From: Bryobacterales bacterium
Lineage (GTDB): Bacteria > Acidobacteriota > Terriglobia > Bryobacterales > UBA6623
Length of the DNA stretch: 64,000 bases
Assembly (NCBI GenBank): GCA_963422375.2
Contig: OY729428.2
Location: forward strand, 1,664,001 to 1,728,000
Direction: 5' to 3'
The notes beneath the pieces are model-generated. The model made no database searches, was not told the origin of the DNA, and saw only the letters and a program-made list of their open reading frames with translations. Below, in pieces: positions 51,491 through 62,167 of this stretch (position 1 is the first letter of the stretch; every line of letters begins with the position of its first letter). A program made the position numbers and the translations under genes.

Positions 51491-54400
51491 ATGCATTCGA
51501 GACCGAAACTCGCAAGCCTAGCGTTCGCCGTCGCGCTGGCGGAAGCCGTCGCGCTTCCCGCGAGCGGAAGCGAGGCCGCCCTGGAGCATTTCGAGAGCAA
51601 GGTCCGGCCTGTACTCGTCGAGAACTGCTACGCCTGCCACAGCGCCGACGCGCCGAGCGTCTTCGCGAACCTGCGGCTCGACAGCCGGTCCGGGCTGCTG
51701 CGCGGGGGCGACTCCGGCCCGGCAGTCGTGCCGGGTGATCCGGCTTCCAGCCTCTTGCTTCGCGCCGTGCGCGGCGAGGCCATGACTCTCATGCCTCCGA
51801 CCGGCAGGCTGAACCCTGCACAGATCGACGATCTGGCGGCCTGGGTGGCGCACGGGGCCCCGTGGCCCGCCGATGACGCCCCGGAGCTGCCGGATCCCAG
51901 CGAGGCCTTCGACTTGGACCGCAGGCGCAGGGAGCACTGGGCATGGCGGCCGGTGAGGCCCGGGCGGCTGCCGGCGGTCAGCGACGAGCGCTGGCCTCGG
52001 TCGGGCATCGACCGTTTCATTCTGGCCCGGCTGGAAGAGGAGGGCCTCGAGCCTGCCCGTCCCGCCGACCGCTACACCCTGCTGCGACGGCTCTCGTTCG
52101 CTCTGACGGGCCTCCCGCCGACACCGAATGAGATCGCCAGCTTCCTGCGCGACGGCTCGCCCCGGGCGGTGGAGGCGGTCGTGGAGCGCCTGCTCTCCTC
52201 GCCCCACTTCGGGGAGCGCTGGGCGCGCCACTGGATGGACCTGGTCCGCTACACCGAGTCGCACGGCAGCGAGGGCGATCCCGACATACCCGACGCGTGG
52301 AGGTACCGGGACTACCTGATCCGCGCGCTCAACGCTGACGTGCCCTACGACCAGCTGGTCCGGGAGCACCTCGCCGGCGACCAGTTGCCGCAGCCGCGCT
52401 ACAACCGCGAGCTCGGGCTCAACGAGTCGCTGCTCGGTACCGGGCACTTCCGCATGATTGAGCACGGCTTCCAGCCGGTCGAGCCCTGGGAAGACCGGGT
52501 CAAGTGGACCGACAACCAGATCGACGTGCTTTCGAAGGCGTTTCAAGGCCTGACGGTCTCCTGCGCCCGGTGCCACGACCACAAGTTCGACGCGATTAGC
52601 CAGCGCGACTACTATGCCCTGTTCGGTGTGCTCGCCGGTGCCCGGCCCGTCCAGCGCGCAGTGGACGTGCCGGACGTGCTGCACAAGAACCGCGATGCCC
52701 TGCGCGGTGCAAAGGCGCGGGTCCGAGACGCGCTCGTGGACCTCTGGACCGAGGCCGCCGAGGCACTGGCCGCGAGGCTCCGGGGCGGGGACCAAGCCGT
52801 CGCGCGAGCTGTCGAGGCGGCGGCCTGCGACCCGGACAGCGCCCTGTACCCGTGGTCGGACCTGGCAGGACGGCCCGACGCGGAGGTCGAGGCCGGCTGG
52901 CGGCAGCTCCAGCGGGACTGGGAGCGTCAGCTGGAGTCGCGCCGGACCTTCAACGAGAGCAGCTTCAAGGCGATTTGGAAGCCCCATGAGGGCATGGCCT
53001 CGTGGCGAAGACTCGGCACCGGCATCGAGCAGGGGTCGTCGGAGGCGGGCCAGTTCTCGATCCTGCCCGCGGGCGACCGCGTCCTAGAGGGCGTCTACGG
53101 GCGCGGCGTCCACAGCGGGCTGCTCTCGAGGCGGCACAACGGTGTCCTCCAGACACCTAGGTTCGCCATCGACACCGACTACGTCAGCTTTCTTGTCCAA
53201 GGGTCCGGCCTCAGCGTTGTCCGCCTGATCGTCGAGAACTACGCCGTGCCGCGCGGCGGCATCTACTGGCAGCGCTACTCGCCCAAGTCGGACGAGCCGA
53301 CTTGGGCCGGGTGGGACACCAGCTACTGGAAGGGCTTTAGCGCGTACCTGGAGTTCGCCACGGTGCGCGACGCCACCAACTTTCTGCTGGACAAGGAGGA
53401 CGCGAGGAAGCAGACCAAGCCGACGCCCCCGGAGGACGGGCGTTCGCACTTCGGCGCCCTCGCGGTGGCGTTCCACGACGAGGACATCGTGCCGCGGGAC
53501 GTGGACGCGGCGGTTGCGTACCTGCTCGAGGCGCAGGCGCCCACGAGCGTCGCGGATCTGTCGGCGCTCTACGCGCGGCGCCTGCGCGAGGCCGTGGAGG
53601 ACTGGCGCCGCGGGCCGATGGCTCCCCATCAGGCCGCGTTTCTCGACGACTTTGTCCGGCAGGGACTGGTGCCCGCCTCGACCGGGTCGTCGGAGCGGCT
53701 CGACGCTCTCGTGGCGGCATACCGTGCGCTCGAGGACGATGTGCCGGTCTACCGCCGCTCACCGAGCGTGCTGGAAGAGGCCGGGCCGGACCAGCCGCTG
53801 CTGGTCCGGGGCAGCCACAAGGACCGGGGCGAGCCGGTGCCTCGCCGCTACCTGGCCGCGCTGGGCGGCGAGCCGTACGAGGATCCCGCCACCACCCGCC
53901 TGCGACTGGCCGAGGACCTGACCGACCCGAGCAACCCGCTCACCGCGAGGGTCATGGTCAACCGCGTCTGGAAGCACTTGTTCGGCAAGGGTCTCGTGGC
54001 GACCGTCGACAACTTCGGGCGGGTCGGCAGTGCCCCGTCGCATCCCGAACTGCTGGACCATCTGGCCCACGACTTTGTCAGGGACGGCTGGTCCATCAAG
54101 CGTCTCGTCCGGCGGCTCGTGCTGACGTCCACCTATGCGCAGGCGAGCGAGCAGTCCGAGCTGGGGGCCCGAGTCGACCCCGCCAACTCGCTGCTGCAGC
54201 ACATGCCGGTGCGGCGTCTGGAGGGCGAAGCCGTTCGCGACACCCTGCTGGCCGTGTCGGGCCGGCTGGATCCCAGTCTGCTCGGGCCCTCGGTGAACGT
54301 CTACTACGCCTTCGCGAAGGGCAAGACGAAGGGCGACCGGCCGAAGGGCCCGCTTGACGGGGACGGGCGCCGGAGCGTCTACCAAGAGATACGGCGCAAC

Positions 54401-54736
54401 GCGCACAATCCGTTCCTCGAGGCCTTCGACCAGCCCAAGCCGTCGTCCACGCGGGGCGAGCGGGATGCCACCAACGTTCCGGCGCAGTCCCTGACGATGC
54501 TGAACAGCCCCTTGGTGGTGGAGCAGGCGGATCTCTGGGGGCGGCAGCTGGCGGGCCGCGAGCGGTCGGCTTCCGCGACGGTCGAGGAGATGTTTCTGAG
54601 CGCCTTGGGGCGACCTCCCGAGCCGCTCGAACTGGACCGGAGCTTGGGCTTCCTCGGCGACGGAGCCGATGCTGACAGGTGGTCGGACCTCGCCCATGCG
54701 CTCTTCAACCTCAAGGAGTTCTTGTACGTCCGCTAG
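51491..54736 (+). CDS. Planctomycete cytochrome C / DUF1549 / DUF1553 protein
   Basis: CYACH, HFGERWARHWMDLVRY, CARCHDHK, NPLTARVMVNRVW, PSHPELLD, FNLKEFLYVR. Confidence 0.92.
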   Translation: MHSRPKLASLAFAVALAEAVALPASGSEAALEHFESKVRPVLVENCYACHSADAPSVFANLRLDSRSGLLRGGDSGPAVVPGDPASSLLLRAVRGEAMTLMPPTGRLNPAQIDDLAAWVAHGAPWPADDAPELPDPSEAFDLDRRRREHWAWRPVRPGRLPAVSDERWPRSGIDRFILARLEEEGLEPARPADRYTLLRRLSFALTGLPPTPNEIASFLRDGSPRAVEAVVERLLSSPHFGERWARHWMDLVRYTESHGSEGDPDIPDAWRYRDYLIRALNADVPYDQLVREHLAGDQLPQPRYNRELGLNESLLGTGHFRMIEHGFQPVEPWEDRVKWTDNQIDVLSKAFQGLTVSCARCHDHKFDAISQRDYYALFGVLAGARPVQRAVDVPDVLHKNRDALRGAKARVRDALVDLWTEAAEALAARLRGGDQAVARAVEAAACDPDSALYPWSDLAGRPDAEVEAGWRQLQRDWERQLESRRTFNESSFKAIWKPHEGMASWRRLGTGIEQGSSEAGQFSILPAGDRVLEGVYGRGVHSGLLSRRHNGVLQTPRFAIDTDYVSFLVQGSGLSVVRLIVENYAVPRGGIYWQRYSPKSDEPTWAGWDTSYWKGFSAYLEFATVRDATNFLLDKEDARKQTKPTPPEDGRSHFGALAVAFHDEDIVPRDVDAAVAYLLEAQAPTSVADLSALYARRLREAVEDWRRGPMAPHQAAFLDDFVRQGLVPASTGSSERLDALVAAYRALEDDVPVYRRSPSVLEEAGPDQPLLVRGSHKDRGEPVPRRYLAALGGEPYEDPATTRLRLAEDLTDPSNPLTARVMVNRVWKHLFGKGLVATVDNFGRVGSAPSHPELLDHLAHDFVRDGWSIKRLVRRLVLTSTYAQASEQSELGARVDPANSLLQHMPVRRLEGEAVRDTLLAVSGRLDPSLLGPSVNVYYAFAKGKTKGDRPKGPLDGDGRRSVYQEIRRNAHNPFLEAFDQPKPSSTRGERDATNVPAQSLTMLNSPLVVEQADLWGRQLAGRERSASATVEEMFLSALGRPPEPLELDRSLGFLGDGADADRWSDLAHALFNLKEFLYVR

Positions 54737-54740
54737 GGGA

Positions 54741-55166
54741 CCGGCGCGGCCGGCCGGGAGCCGGCCCATACTGGGAGTTGGGGGGCTACTGTTCCAAGAT
54801 GGGCGGGTGCTCCTCGTCAAGCGCGCTGCCCCCCCGGCGAAGGGCCTCTGGTCGATTCCCGGAGGGAAGCTCCGGGTCGGCGAAGCACTGGCTGACGGCG
54901 TGGCGAGAGAGGTGCGCGAGGAGACCGGCCTGTCCGTGCGGGTCGGAGCCTTGGTCGAAGTGTTCGAGCGGCTTCCGACGGCCGATTGCGACGCGCACTT
55001 TGTCGTGCTGGATTATCTCTGCGAAATGACCGGCGGGGTGCTGCGCGCGGGCGACGACGCCGACGAGGCGGCGTGGCATTCCATGGATGATCTTGGACGC
55101 TTGCACCTGACGCCTGGTGCGGTGGCGGTCATTCGCAAGGGCTGGCGAATGCAGGTCGGTCCATAG
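54741..55166 (+). CDS. NUDIX hydrolase (start uncertain)
   Basis: RPILGVGG, WSIPGGKLRVGE..AREVREETGL Nudix box, HFVVLDY. Confidence 0.85.
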   Translation, partial: PARPAGSRPILGVGGLLFQDGRVLLVKRAAPPAKGLWSIPGGKLRVGEALADGVAREVREETGLSVRVGALVEVFERLPTADCDAHFVVLDYLCEMTGGVLRAGDDADEAAWHSMDDLGRLHLTPGAVAVIRKGWRMQVGP

Positions 55167-55182
55167 GCCCCGCGAGGGCGAG

Positions 55183-57621
55183 ATGCTTCCGAAGCCGTAC
55201 GAATCGCTGGAATTCGACAGGGTAGTGGCGATCCTGCGGCGCTACGCGGTCAGCCCGCTCGGCGGTGCCAGGCTGGACCGGCTGCTCGAGCGGTTCCGCT
55301 TGGACTCGCCGTCCGACGCCGACGCGGAACTCGCCGTTGTCGCCGAGGCAGTCGGCTGGCTGCGCGCCGCCGAGCGGAACGACGAGCAAGAGATGCCCGC
55401 AGTGCCGCGGTTCGACGGTCTCAGGGACATTCGCGACCCGGTGGAGAGGCTGTCGGCGGAAGGCAGCCTGCTGGATGCCGAGGAGATCCGCGACATCCTC
55501 GACCTGCTCGGGGCCGCGCAGCGCTACCGCGAGGCCTTGCTGAAGGACAGGCGCAAGCGCCCCGGCCTGCACGACCGGGGCGAGGCCATGCCCGACCTGC
55601 GGGCGCTGGTGGCCGAGCTAGCGGGCAGGATCCTGCCCAACGGGGAGATTTCGAGCCTGGCAAGCACGGCGCTGTCCAGAATCCGGCGCCACATCGACCG
55701 GCAGAGAGTCGTCGTCGAGGCCTCGCTGGAGCGATTCGTACGGAAGTACGCGGCCTTGGGCGTGCTGCAGGACAAGTACGTCACCATGCGCAACGGACGC
55801 ACGGTGGTGCCGGTCAAGGCCCAGTGGAAGGCGCAGGTGGACGGCATCGTGCACGGCGCCAGCGGGAGCGGGCAGACGGTCTTCGTGGAGCCCCTCGACA
55901 CGATCGTGCAGAACAATCGGCTCGTGCGCCTCCGGGAGGAGGAGCAGGCGGAAATCCTGCGCATCCTCCGCGAGATGAGCAGCCGGCTCCGAGCCGAGCG
56001 GGACTCGATCGGCGAGACCGCGAATGCGGTCGCAGAACTGGAGTTCGTCTTCGCTCGCGCACGGTTCTGGCGGGAGTTCTCCTGCTGCCGACCGCGCTTC
56101 GGCACGACGCCGGAGGCGCGTATCGTGCTGGAGGACGCGAGGCATCCGATCCTGCAGGATCTGCTGGCCGGGCGCCGCCGGCGACCGGTTCCGATGAGCG
56201 TCCGGCTGGAGAGCGCCTTGCGCACGATGGTCGTGAGCGGTCCGAACGCGGGCGGCAAGACCGTCGTTCTCAAGACCGTCGGAATTCTTGCCGCCATGGC
56301 GCAAGCCGGGATCCCGGTTCCAGCCGAGAGGGCGGAGTTTCCTTGGTTCGACGGCATCTTGGCCGATATCGGTGACGCGCAGTCGATCAGCGAGAGCCTG
56401 AGCACGTTCTCGGCGCATGTGTCGAAACTGACGGCGATTCTCGAGCAGGCGACGCCCGCGAGCTTGGTCGTTCTCGACGAGCTGGGAACAGCGACGGATC
56501 CGGAGGACGGCGGGGCGCTCGCCATCGCGGTGGTGGAACGGCTCCAGGCGGTCGGGGGATTCGTGATCGTGTCGACTCACCTGCCGGAGCTCAAGATGTA
56601 CGGGGCCGGTTCAGCCGGCGTCGTGAGCGCCTCGATGGGATTCGACGACGCCACCCTGGGCGTGACCTACGAGCTGCAGACAGGCATTCCCGGCCAGTCG
56701 GCGGGTCTCGAAATGGCCGAGCGATACGGCCTGCCGGCCGACGTGATCTCGCGAGCGCGCGATCTGAGGGGGCACGCGGGAGAGCAGGCGGCCCGCTTTC
56801 TGGCGGATCTGCGCAAGCAGGCGAAGGAGTACGAGGATCTGGCGAGCGAGGCGCGGGTCCGGAGCAGGGAACTGGAAGCGCGCAAGAGGGAGCTCGAGAG
56901 GGACGCGGCGGCTCGCCTGCGGAGCCATCGCCAGAAGACCGACGAAAAGGTCGAGAAGCTGATTCGCAAGATCGAGCAGCGCTTCCAGGCGGCGCTCGAC
57001 GCGGCCGTGCGCAAGATGCAGGCATCCGTCGCCAAGGCGGACCGCTCGCTGCACCGCAAGGCGGCGCAGGCGGTCGGCGGGTTCCGCCGCGCCCTTCGCT
57101 CCGATGTGTCGGAGGCGCTGGGAGGTGCCTCGGCCCAGAAGCTCGGGGACGGCGGGGACGAATTCGCCGTGGGCGACCGAGTGCGGCTGCAATCGATGGG
57201 AGCGACTGGCGAAATCGTGCGCAGGGTGGATGCCGGCCGCTGGGAAGTCCAAGCGGGCAGGATGCGGCTGCAAGTGGCATCTTCGGAGATCATCCCGGAC
57301 GACGACCCGTCCCCGAGGCCTGCTCGGCTGCCTTCAGGCGTGCGGCTTCATACCGTGTCGGATGACGCGAATGTTCCGTCGGAGCTCAACGTGATCGGCA
57401 AAACGGCCGACGAGGCCCTCATGGACGTGGACAAGTTCCTGGACCGGGCCGTCCTCGCGAATCGGACGCGGTTGCGGGTGGTCCATGGGTTCGGCAAGAA
57501 CGTGCTGCGCCGGGAATTGTGGCGGATGTTCGCCCGGCACGTGCATGTAACGAAGTACTACCAAGCCGAGCAGCACGACGGCGGGGCGGGAGTCACCGTC
57601 GTAGAGGTCGGCGAGAAGTGA
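55183..57621 (+). CDS. mutS2: Endonuclease MutS2
   Basis: GIVHGASGSGQTVFVEP, SGPNAGGKT, SLSTFSAH, LDELG, C-terminal Smr domain (VHGFG..LR). Confidence 0.95.
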   Translation: MLPKPYESLEFDRVVAILRRYAVSPLGGARLDRLLERFRLDSPSDADAELAVVAEAVGWLRAAERNDEQEMPAVPRFDGLRDIRDPVERLSAEGSLLDAEEIRDILDLLGAAQRYREALLKDRRKRPGLHDRGEAMPDLRALVAELAGRILPNGEISSLASTALSRIRRHIDRQRVVVEASLERFVRKYAALGVLQDKYVTMRNGRTVVPVKAQWKAQVDGIVHGASGSGQTVFVEPLDTIVQNNRLVRLREEEQAEILRILREMSSRLRAERDSIGETANAVAELEFVFARARFWREFSCCRPRFGTTPEARIVLEDARHPILQDLLAGRRRRPVPMSVRLESALRTMVVSGPNAGGKTVVLKTVGILAAMAQAGIPVPAERAEFPWFDGILADIGDAQSISESLSTFSAHVSKLTAILEQATPASLVVLDELGTATDPEDGGALAIAVVERLQAVGGFVIVSTHLPELKMYGAGSAGVVSASMGFDDATLGVTYELQTGIPGQSAGLEMAERYGLPADVISRARDLRGHAGEQAARFLADLRKQAKEYEDLASEARVRSRELEARKRELERDAAARLRSHRQKTDEKVEKLIRKIEQRFQAALDAAVRKMQASVAKADRSLHRKAAQAVGGFRRALRSDVSEALGGASAQKLGDGGDEFAVGDRVRLQSMGATGEIVRRVDAGRWEVQAGRMRLQVASSEIIPDDDPSPRPARLPSGVRLHTVSDDANVPSELNVIGKTADEALMDVDKFLDRAVLANRTRLRVVHGFGKNVLRRELWRMFARHVHVTKYYQAEQHDGGAGVTVVEVGEK

Positions 57622-57942
57622 TTGGGCTGAACATCGGAACAGTTGGAATGGAAGTTCGGAGGGGCGATACCCTAGACATTCCGTGCTGGTCTCATTTGCG
57701 GTGGCGCAGGTAGGGCGCCTCCGACGATTCGGGAGAAGCCTTGGCTGCAAGCGGGCCCAGCATCGATCGACAAGGAAAAATATCGAGGCATGTGGATGCA
57801 GTTGCCTGTACCCGACTCGATCCCGCGACTGCGAAAGTGAGACGGTGGGCGTTCTGCCGACCCCAGAAACACCTTGTGAAATATCGGTCCACGGCGGGTC
57901 TAGGACTTCATCCTCCCCCTTGACACGGGGAACTCTGAATGC

Positions 57943-58346
57943 CTACTCGCGGTCTTGGTCTTGGTACGCCTTCAGACCGTATCCTCCCGCGAGACCCGCC
58001 CCAAACGTGCCCAGACCTTGAAGAATCTGAAAATATGTCTCGGAATGTTCGGGAAGAAGAAGCCCCATGATGGATGGGAAGTCAGAATAGAGAGAAGGAT
58101 ATAACCCAGTCTGAACCAGCGATTGCTGCTTCGCAACTGCCAGATTGCCTGATCACGCTGCTTGGAGTTGTCAAGGAACTGAGTCACATGCTCGGATTGG
58201 AACTTATCAAAGATAGGGTGGTAGCCTGGACCCGAACGAACCACGCTGGCCGCGAACTCTTGGAGCTTGACAATACCTTGGGGCTGATCTCTTTCCTGAA
58301 TGTTCGCCTGAGCGTCATCCGGCTCTTGCTTGTCGTCCTGTGCCAT
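57943..58346 (-). pseudogene. Lower-GC small membrane protein with an apparent frameshift near 58070
   Basis: MAQDDKQ..RWFRLGYILLSILT; the alternate frame continues IMGLLLPEHSETYFQILQGLGTFGAGLAGGYGLKAYQDQDRE*. Confidence 0.6.
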
Positions 58347-58366
58347 CGTTGATACCTTCCCCCGGC

Positions 58367-58591
58367 CTAGCGTATGTACTGGTTGAACCCCTTGACAGAT
58401 TCTCGAATGCTATTAAGCAGCCGTTGCCCCGACTCCTCTTGCGCCTGGGCCACCTGGTCGGCCATCACGTGGAGCAGAACGGCGTATGCCAGCTGCTGCG
58501 TCTGCACATCGCCGGACCTGAGCGCCCACTCCACGGTCGCCAGCATCTCTTGAGAGACGTCACCACGGTGGACACCCCAGATCTCACGCAT
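58367..58591 (-). CDS. Small hypothetical protein
   Basis: MREIWGVHRGDVSQEML..; co-oriented, 20 bp upstream of the previous gene. Confidence 0.45.
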   Translation of the reverse strand: MREIWGVHRGDVSQEMLATVEWALRSGDVQTQQLAYAVLLHVMADQVAQAQEESGQRLLNSIRESVKGFNQYIR

Positions 58592-58830
58592 CTCGTCCTT
58601 GCGCAGAGGCGCTGGAGTGATCCTGTGGAAGGTATAGCGCCTGCGCGGGCATCGTGCCAAGCCAACTCTTTCGCTGTCTCAGAATCTTGCAGTGGCCGCG
58701 CCGAGGGCCGCGCTCCCACGACGGCCGGCGGGTCCTTGGGACGGGGGGCGCGCCGGTCACCGGCTGGTCGTCCGATTGCGGGTCCCGCCAGTCTCGAATG
58801 CTAGAATGGGCGTTCAGCCGAATCGCCCCT

Positions 58831-59190
58831 ATGCTCCCTGGATTCCTACTACCCGAAACCACCGTGCAGGAGAGCGGCTCCGGAGAGCCCTTCGAAATCG
58901 GTTCCGGCGGCGGCACGGCGCTGCTTTCGCTAGGCATCACCGAGATTCTCGAGCAGCAGAGCTTGGACGTGAACGTCCTCGGTTCTGCCGACGGCGAGCA
59001 GTGGATGGAGAAACCCGTGCGGAGCTTCCCGCAGAAGTTCTATTCCGGCGTGTGGCAGATCCTCTGCGACCTTGACGCAATACCGGACGTCCGTTTCCTG
59101 AAAGTGGGCTACAAGGTGGCACGCTGGGGTGTCGGTTCCCCTACGCCGATGTTCAAGTTCTACGTGTTCGCCGAGCGATTCACTGCTTGA
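58831..59190 (+). CDS. Hypothetical protein
   Basis: Protein-like composition (LSLGITEILEQQSLDV..SADG..W..FPQKFYSG); convergent with smpB. Confidence 0.7.
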   Translation: MLPGFLLPETTVQESGSGEPFEIGSGGGTALLSLGITEILEQQSLDVNVLGSADGEQWMEKPVRSFPQKFYSGVWQILCDLDAIPDVRFLKVGYKVARWGVGSPTPMFKFYVFAERFTA

Positions 59191-59209
59191 CGCGAGCGCG
59201 CTTACCGCG

Positions 59210-59683
59210 CTACTTGCGCTGCCGGTGGCGGTGCATGGCGTCCCGGGCTTCGGCCTCCTCGATCGCCTTCCGCTTAGAGTCGCGCTTGTCGTGGACTTGC
59301 TTGCCTCGGGCCAGGGCGATCTCGCACTTGATCCGCCCGTTCTTGAGGTACACCCGGGTCGGCACCAGTGTCAGACCCTTCTGGCGCGTCTTGCCCTCGA
59401 TGCGGTCGATCTCCCTGCGATGCATGAGCAGCTTGCGGGAGCGCACCGGCTCGGCGTTCCCGATGGTGGCCTTGTCGTACGGCGAGATATGCGCGTTGTG
59501 CAGCCACAGCTCGCCGCCGCTCACCGCGGCGTAGGCGTCCGAAAGCTGGATGCTGCCGCTCCGGCAGGACTTGACCTCCGCTCCCGTGAGGACCATACCT
59601 GCCTCGAACTGCTCTAGGAACGCGTACTGCCGCCGGGCCCGGCGGTTGTCGACAAGATTGCCGCTGCCTTGCTTCTTGGCCAT
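59210..59683 (-). CDS. smpB: SsrA-binding protein SmpB
   Basis: NRRARRQY..FEAGMVLTGAEVKS, HISPY, RKLLMHRREI, ARGKQVHDKR. Confidence 0.96.
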   Translation of the reverse strand: MAKKQGSGNLVDNRRARRQYAFLEQFEAGMVLTGAEVKSCRSGSIQLSDAYAAVSGGELWLHNAHISPYDKATIGNAEPVRSRKLLMHRREIDRIEGKTRQKGLTLVPTRVYLKNGRIKCEIALARGKQVHDKRDSKRKAIEEAEARDAMHRHRQRK

Positions 59684-59767
59684 TGCACTTCCACGGTCGC
59701 GACCGTTCCTGCGTCTTTCTCGTATGGGACGGTCCGCGCGAGCAGGCGCGCACTCCCTGCATTCAGG

Positions 59768-62161
59768 ATGACAGCAATCCGGAACGCCTCGCGTCGCGCG
59801 ACCGTTCTGCTGGTCCTGGCGCTGCTGGTAGCAGCCCAGGCAGCGGGCGGGGCGCGCAAGGCGAAGAGCCTCTATCGCCAGGGCCAGGCGGCGGAGCAGG
59901 CCGGCGACTTCGACGAGGCGCTCGAGAAGTACGCCCTCGCGACCAGCGAGGCCCCCGGCGTCCACCGCTACACGCTCGCCGAGCGGCGCATGCGATTCGT
60001 CGCCGGGCAAGCGCACGTCGAGGCCGGAGTGCGGCTGCGCGGGGAGGGCCTCTACGAGGAGGCCCTGTCCGAATTCGAGCGGGCGATCGCGATCGACCCG
60101 GCCTCCAGCGTCGCGGTGCAGGAGCGTCGCATGACACTGGGGCTGATCGAAGCGAGCAGCCAGCCGGCCCCCGGGCAAGCCGAGGCACTCGAGAGCGCAC
60201 TGGAGGCCGACCGTCACGAGCGCAGCGAGCGCTTGGCGTCGATCACCGCGCCGCCGGATCTGTCCCCGCTCTCCGACCAGCCGATCAACCTCATGCTCAA
60301 CGAGCAGGCCAAGATCGTCTTCGAGACCATCGGCAAGCTTGCCGGGATCAACGTGCTCTTCGACCCGGACTTCTCTGACCGGAATCTCGAGATCGAGATT
60401 CGCAACGCGACCCTGCCCGAGGCCTTGGACTACGTCAGCCTGCTGGCGAAGGCCTTCTGGAAGCCGCTCACGCACAACACCGTGCTGGTGACCGACGACA
60501 ATCCCAACAAGCGGCGCGAGTACGAGGACGAGGTCGTCAAGACCGTCTACCTGACCAACCTGTCCACGCCGCAGGATCTCTCGGAGGTGTCCACCGCCAT
60601 CCGCGGGCTGACCGACATCCGTCGGATGTTCACCGTCAACTCGATGAGCGCGATCGTGATGCGGGGCAGCCGCGCCAAGGTCGCCATCGCCGAGAAGATC
60701 GTCCATGACATGGACAAGCCCCGGGCCGAGGTGATTGTCGACGTGCTGGTGCTCGAAACAAGCAAGTCCCGCAACCGCACTCTCGGGCTGACTCCGCTGT
60801 CGGGCAGCACCAAGGGGCTGCAGTTCCCGATCGGGTTCGCCGGCGCCGCGGGCGGCGCCGGGGCCGGGGACCTGACCCTGCCTGTGAATCGCCTTGGTGA
60901 CGTGGGTATGGGCAGCTGGACGACGTCGCTCCCGGGCTTCCTGCTGTCGGCGGTCTTCAGCAATTCGGACACGGAGCTCCTGCAGTCGCCGCGCATTCGA
61001 ACGGCGGACAACCACCAGGCCGACCTGCGGATCGGCGACCAGGTGCCGATCGCGACCGGAAGCTTCCAGCCCGGGGTGGGCGGCGTTGGCATCAATCCCT
61101 TGGTCAACACCCAGTTCACCTTCAAGGACGTGGGCGTCAACGTATCCCTGACGCCGAAGATTCACGCGAACAGGGATGTATCGATGCACGTCGAAATCGA
61201 GATCTCGAATGTACGCGACGTCGTGGAGCTAGGCGGGATCTCGCAGCCGATCATCGGGCAGAGGACGATCCAGCACGACGTTCGCATCCGCGAGGGGGAA
61301 GCCAGCATCATCGGCGGGCTCAATCAGTCGCAGGTGTTCAAGACCAAGTCCGGTGTTCCGTTCCTCGGCGAGATCCCGGTGGTGGGGAGGCTTTTCAGTG
61401 AGCTGGATGTCCAGCGCATCGAGAGCGAGGTGCTGCTCGTGCTCGTGCCGCACATCGTGCGGATGCCGGGCATCGACGCGAACAACCTGCGCACGATAGC
61501 GACGGGCACGGACCAGAAGTTCGAGGTGCGGTACGAGCAGCCGGGCAACGGCAAGCCGGCGCTGCCTCCCGCGGCGGACGACGAGAGCAGCGGCGAGGAT
61601 GCCTCCGGCGCTCCGTCGCCGCCTCGGGACGATGCGGAGCCCCGGGAGCCGCCAGAGCCGGAAGCGGCCCCGCCTGCGGTGCCGGACGAAGCCGCCGGGG
61701 CAGCGCCGGATCCATCGGCGCCGCCCGGTCAGGTCTCGCCGCAAGGGCCGCGCCTGTTTCTCGATCCACCCGCGATCACGGTTCCGGTCGGTCAGCAGAT
61801 TACCGTCTCGCTCATGGTCGGCGACGCGGTGGCGCTCGCCAGCATGCCAATGCGCATCCAATACGACCGGGACAAGCTGCGTCTCGCGGGAGTCGAGAAG
61901 GGGGACTTCCTAGCCGGTTCCGACGCGAGCGACATCATCTTCTCCAGGAGCATCCGGCACGCCAACGGGCTGGCCGCCGTGAACATCGCCCGATACAGGG
62001 GCACTGGCGGCGCGGATGGCGAGGGCGAGCTCGTCACGCTGACGTTCGAGGGGGTGGCGGCCGGGCAGGCGCAAGTGCGAGTGCTCGCGAACGCGCCGCG
62101 CGACGCGTCCGACACGGCCCTGCAAGTCGAGCCGCTCGAGGTGGAGATCTCGGTGCGGTAG
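59768..62161 (+). CDS. Type II/III secretion-type secretin with N-terminal TPR-like and C-terminal cohesin-like domain
   Basis: TPR-like N-terminus, LLQSPRIR..ADLRIGDQVPI, DVGVNVSLTP, GVPFLGEIPVVGRLF, Pro-rich linker, cohesin-like beta domain. Confidence 0.88.
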   Translation: MTAIRNASRRATVLLVLALLVAAQAAGGARKAKSLYRQGQAAEQAGDFDEALEKYALATSEAPGVHRYTLAERRMRFVAGQAHVEAGVRLRGEGLYEEALSEFERAIAIDPASSVAVQERRMTLGLIEASSQPAPGQAEALESALEADRHERSERLASITAPPDLSPLSDQPINLMLNEQAKIVFETIGKLAGINVLFDPDFSDRNLEIEIRNATLPEALDYVSLLAKAFWKPLTHNTVLVTDDNPNKRREYEDEVVKTVYLTNLSTPQDLSEVSTAIRGLTDIRRMFTVNSMSAIVMRGSRAKVAIAEKIVHDMDKPRAEVIVDVLVLETSKSRNRTLGLTPLSGSTKGLQFPIGFAGAAGGAGAGDLTLPVNRLGDVGMGSWTTSLPGFLLSAVFSNSDTELLQSPRIRTADNHQADLRIGDQVPIATGSFQPGVGGVGINPLVNTQFTFKDVGVNVSLTPKIHANRDVSMHVEIEISNVRDVVELGGISQPIIGQRTIQHDVRIREGEASIIGGLNQSQVFKTKSGVPFLGEIPVVGRLFSELDVQRIESEVLLVLVPHIVRMPGIDANNLRTIATGTDQKFEVRYEQPGNGKPALPPAADDESSGEDASGAPSPPRDDAEPREPPEPEAAPPAVPDEAAGAAPDPSAPPGQVSPQGPRLFLDPPAITVPVGQQITVSLMVGDAVALASMPMRIQYDRDKLRLAGVEKGDFLAGSDASDIIFSRSIRHANGLAAVNIARYRGTGGADGEGELVTLTFEGVAAGQAQVRVLANAPRDASDTALQVEPLEVEISVR

Positions 62162-62167
62162 CTGGCG

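Noticed and set aside
55183..57621. MutS2 as evidence of intact mismatch repair
   Set aside because: MutS2 (Smr-containing, lacking the mismatch-recognition domain) is not the MMR MutS1
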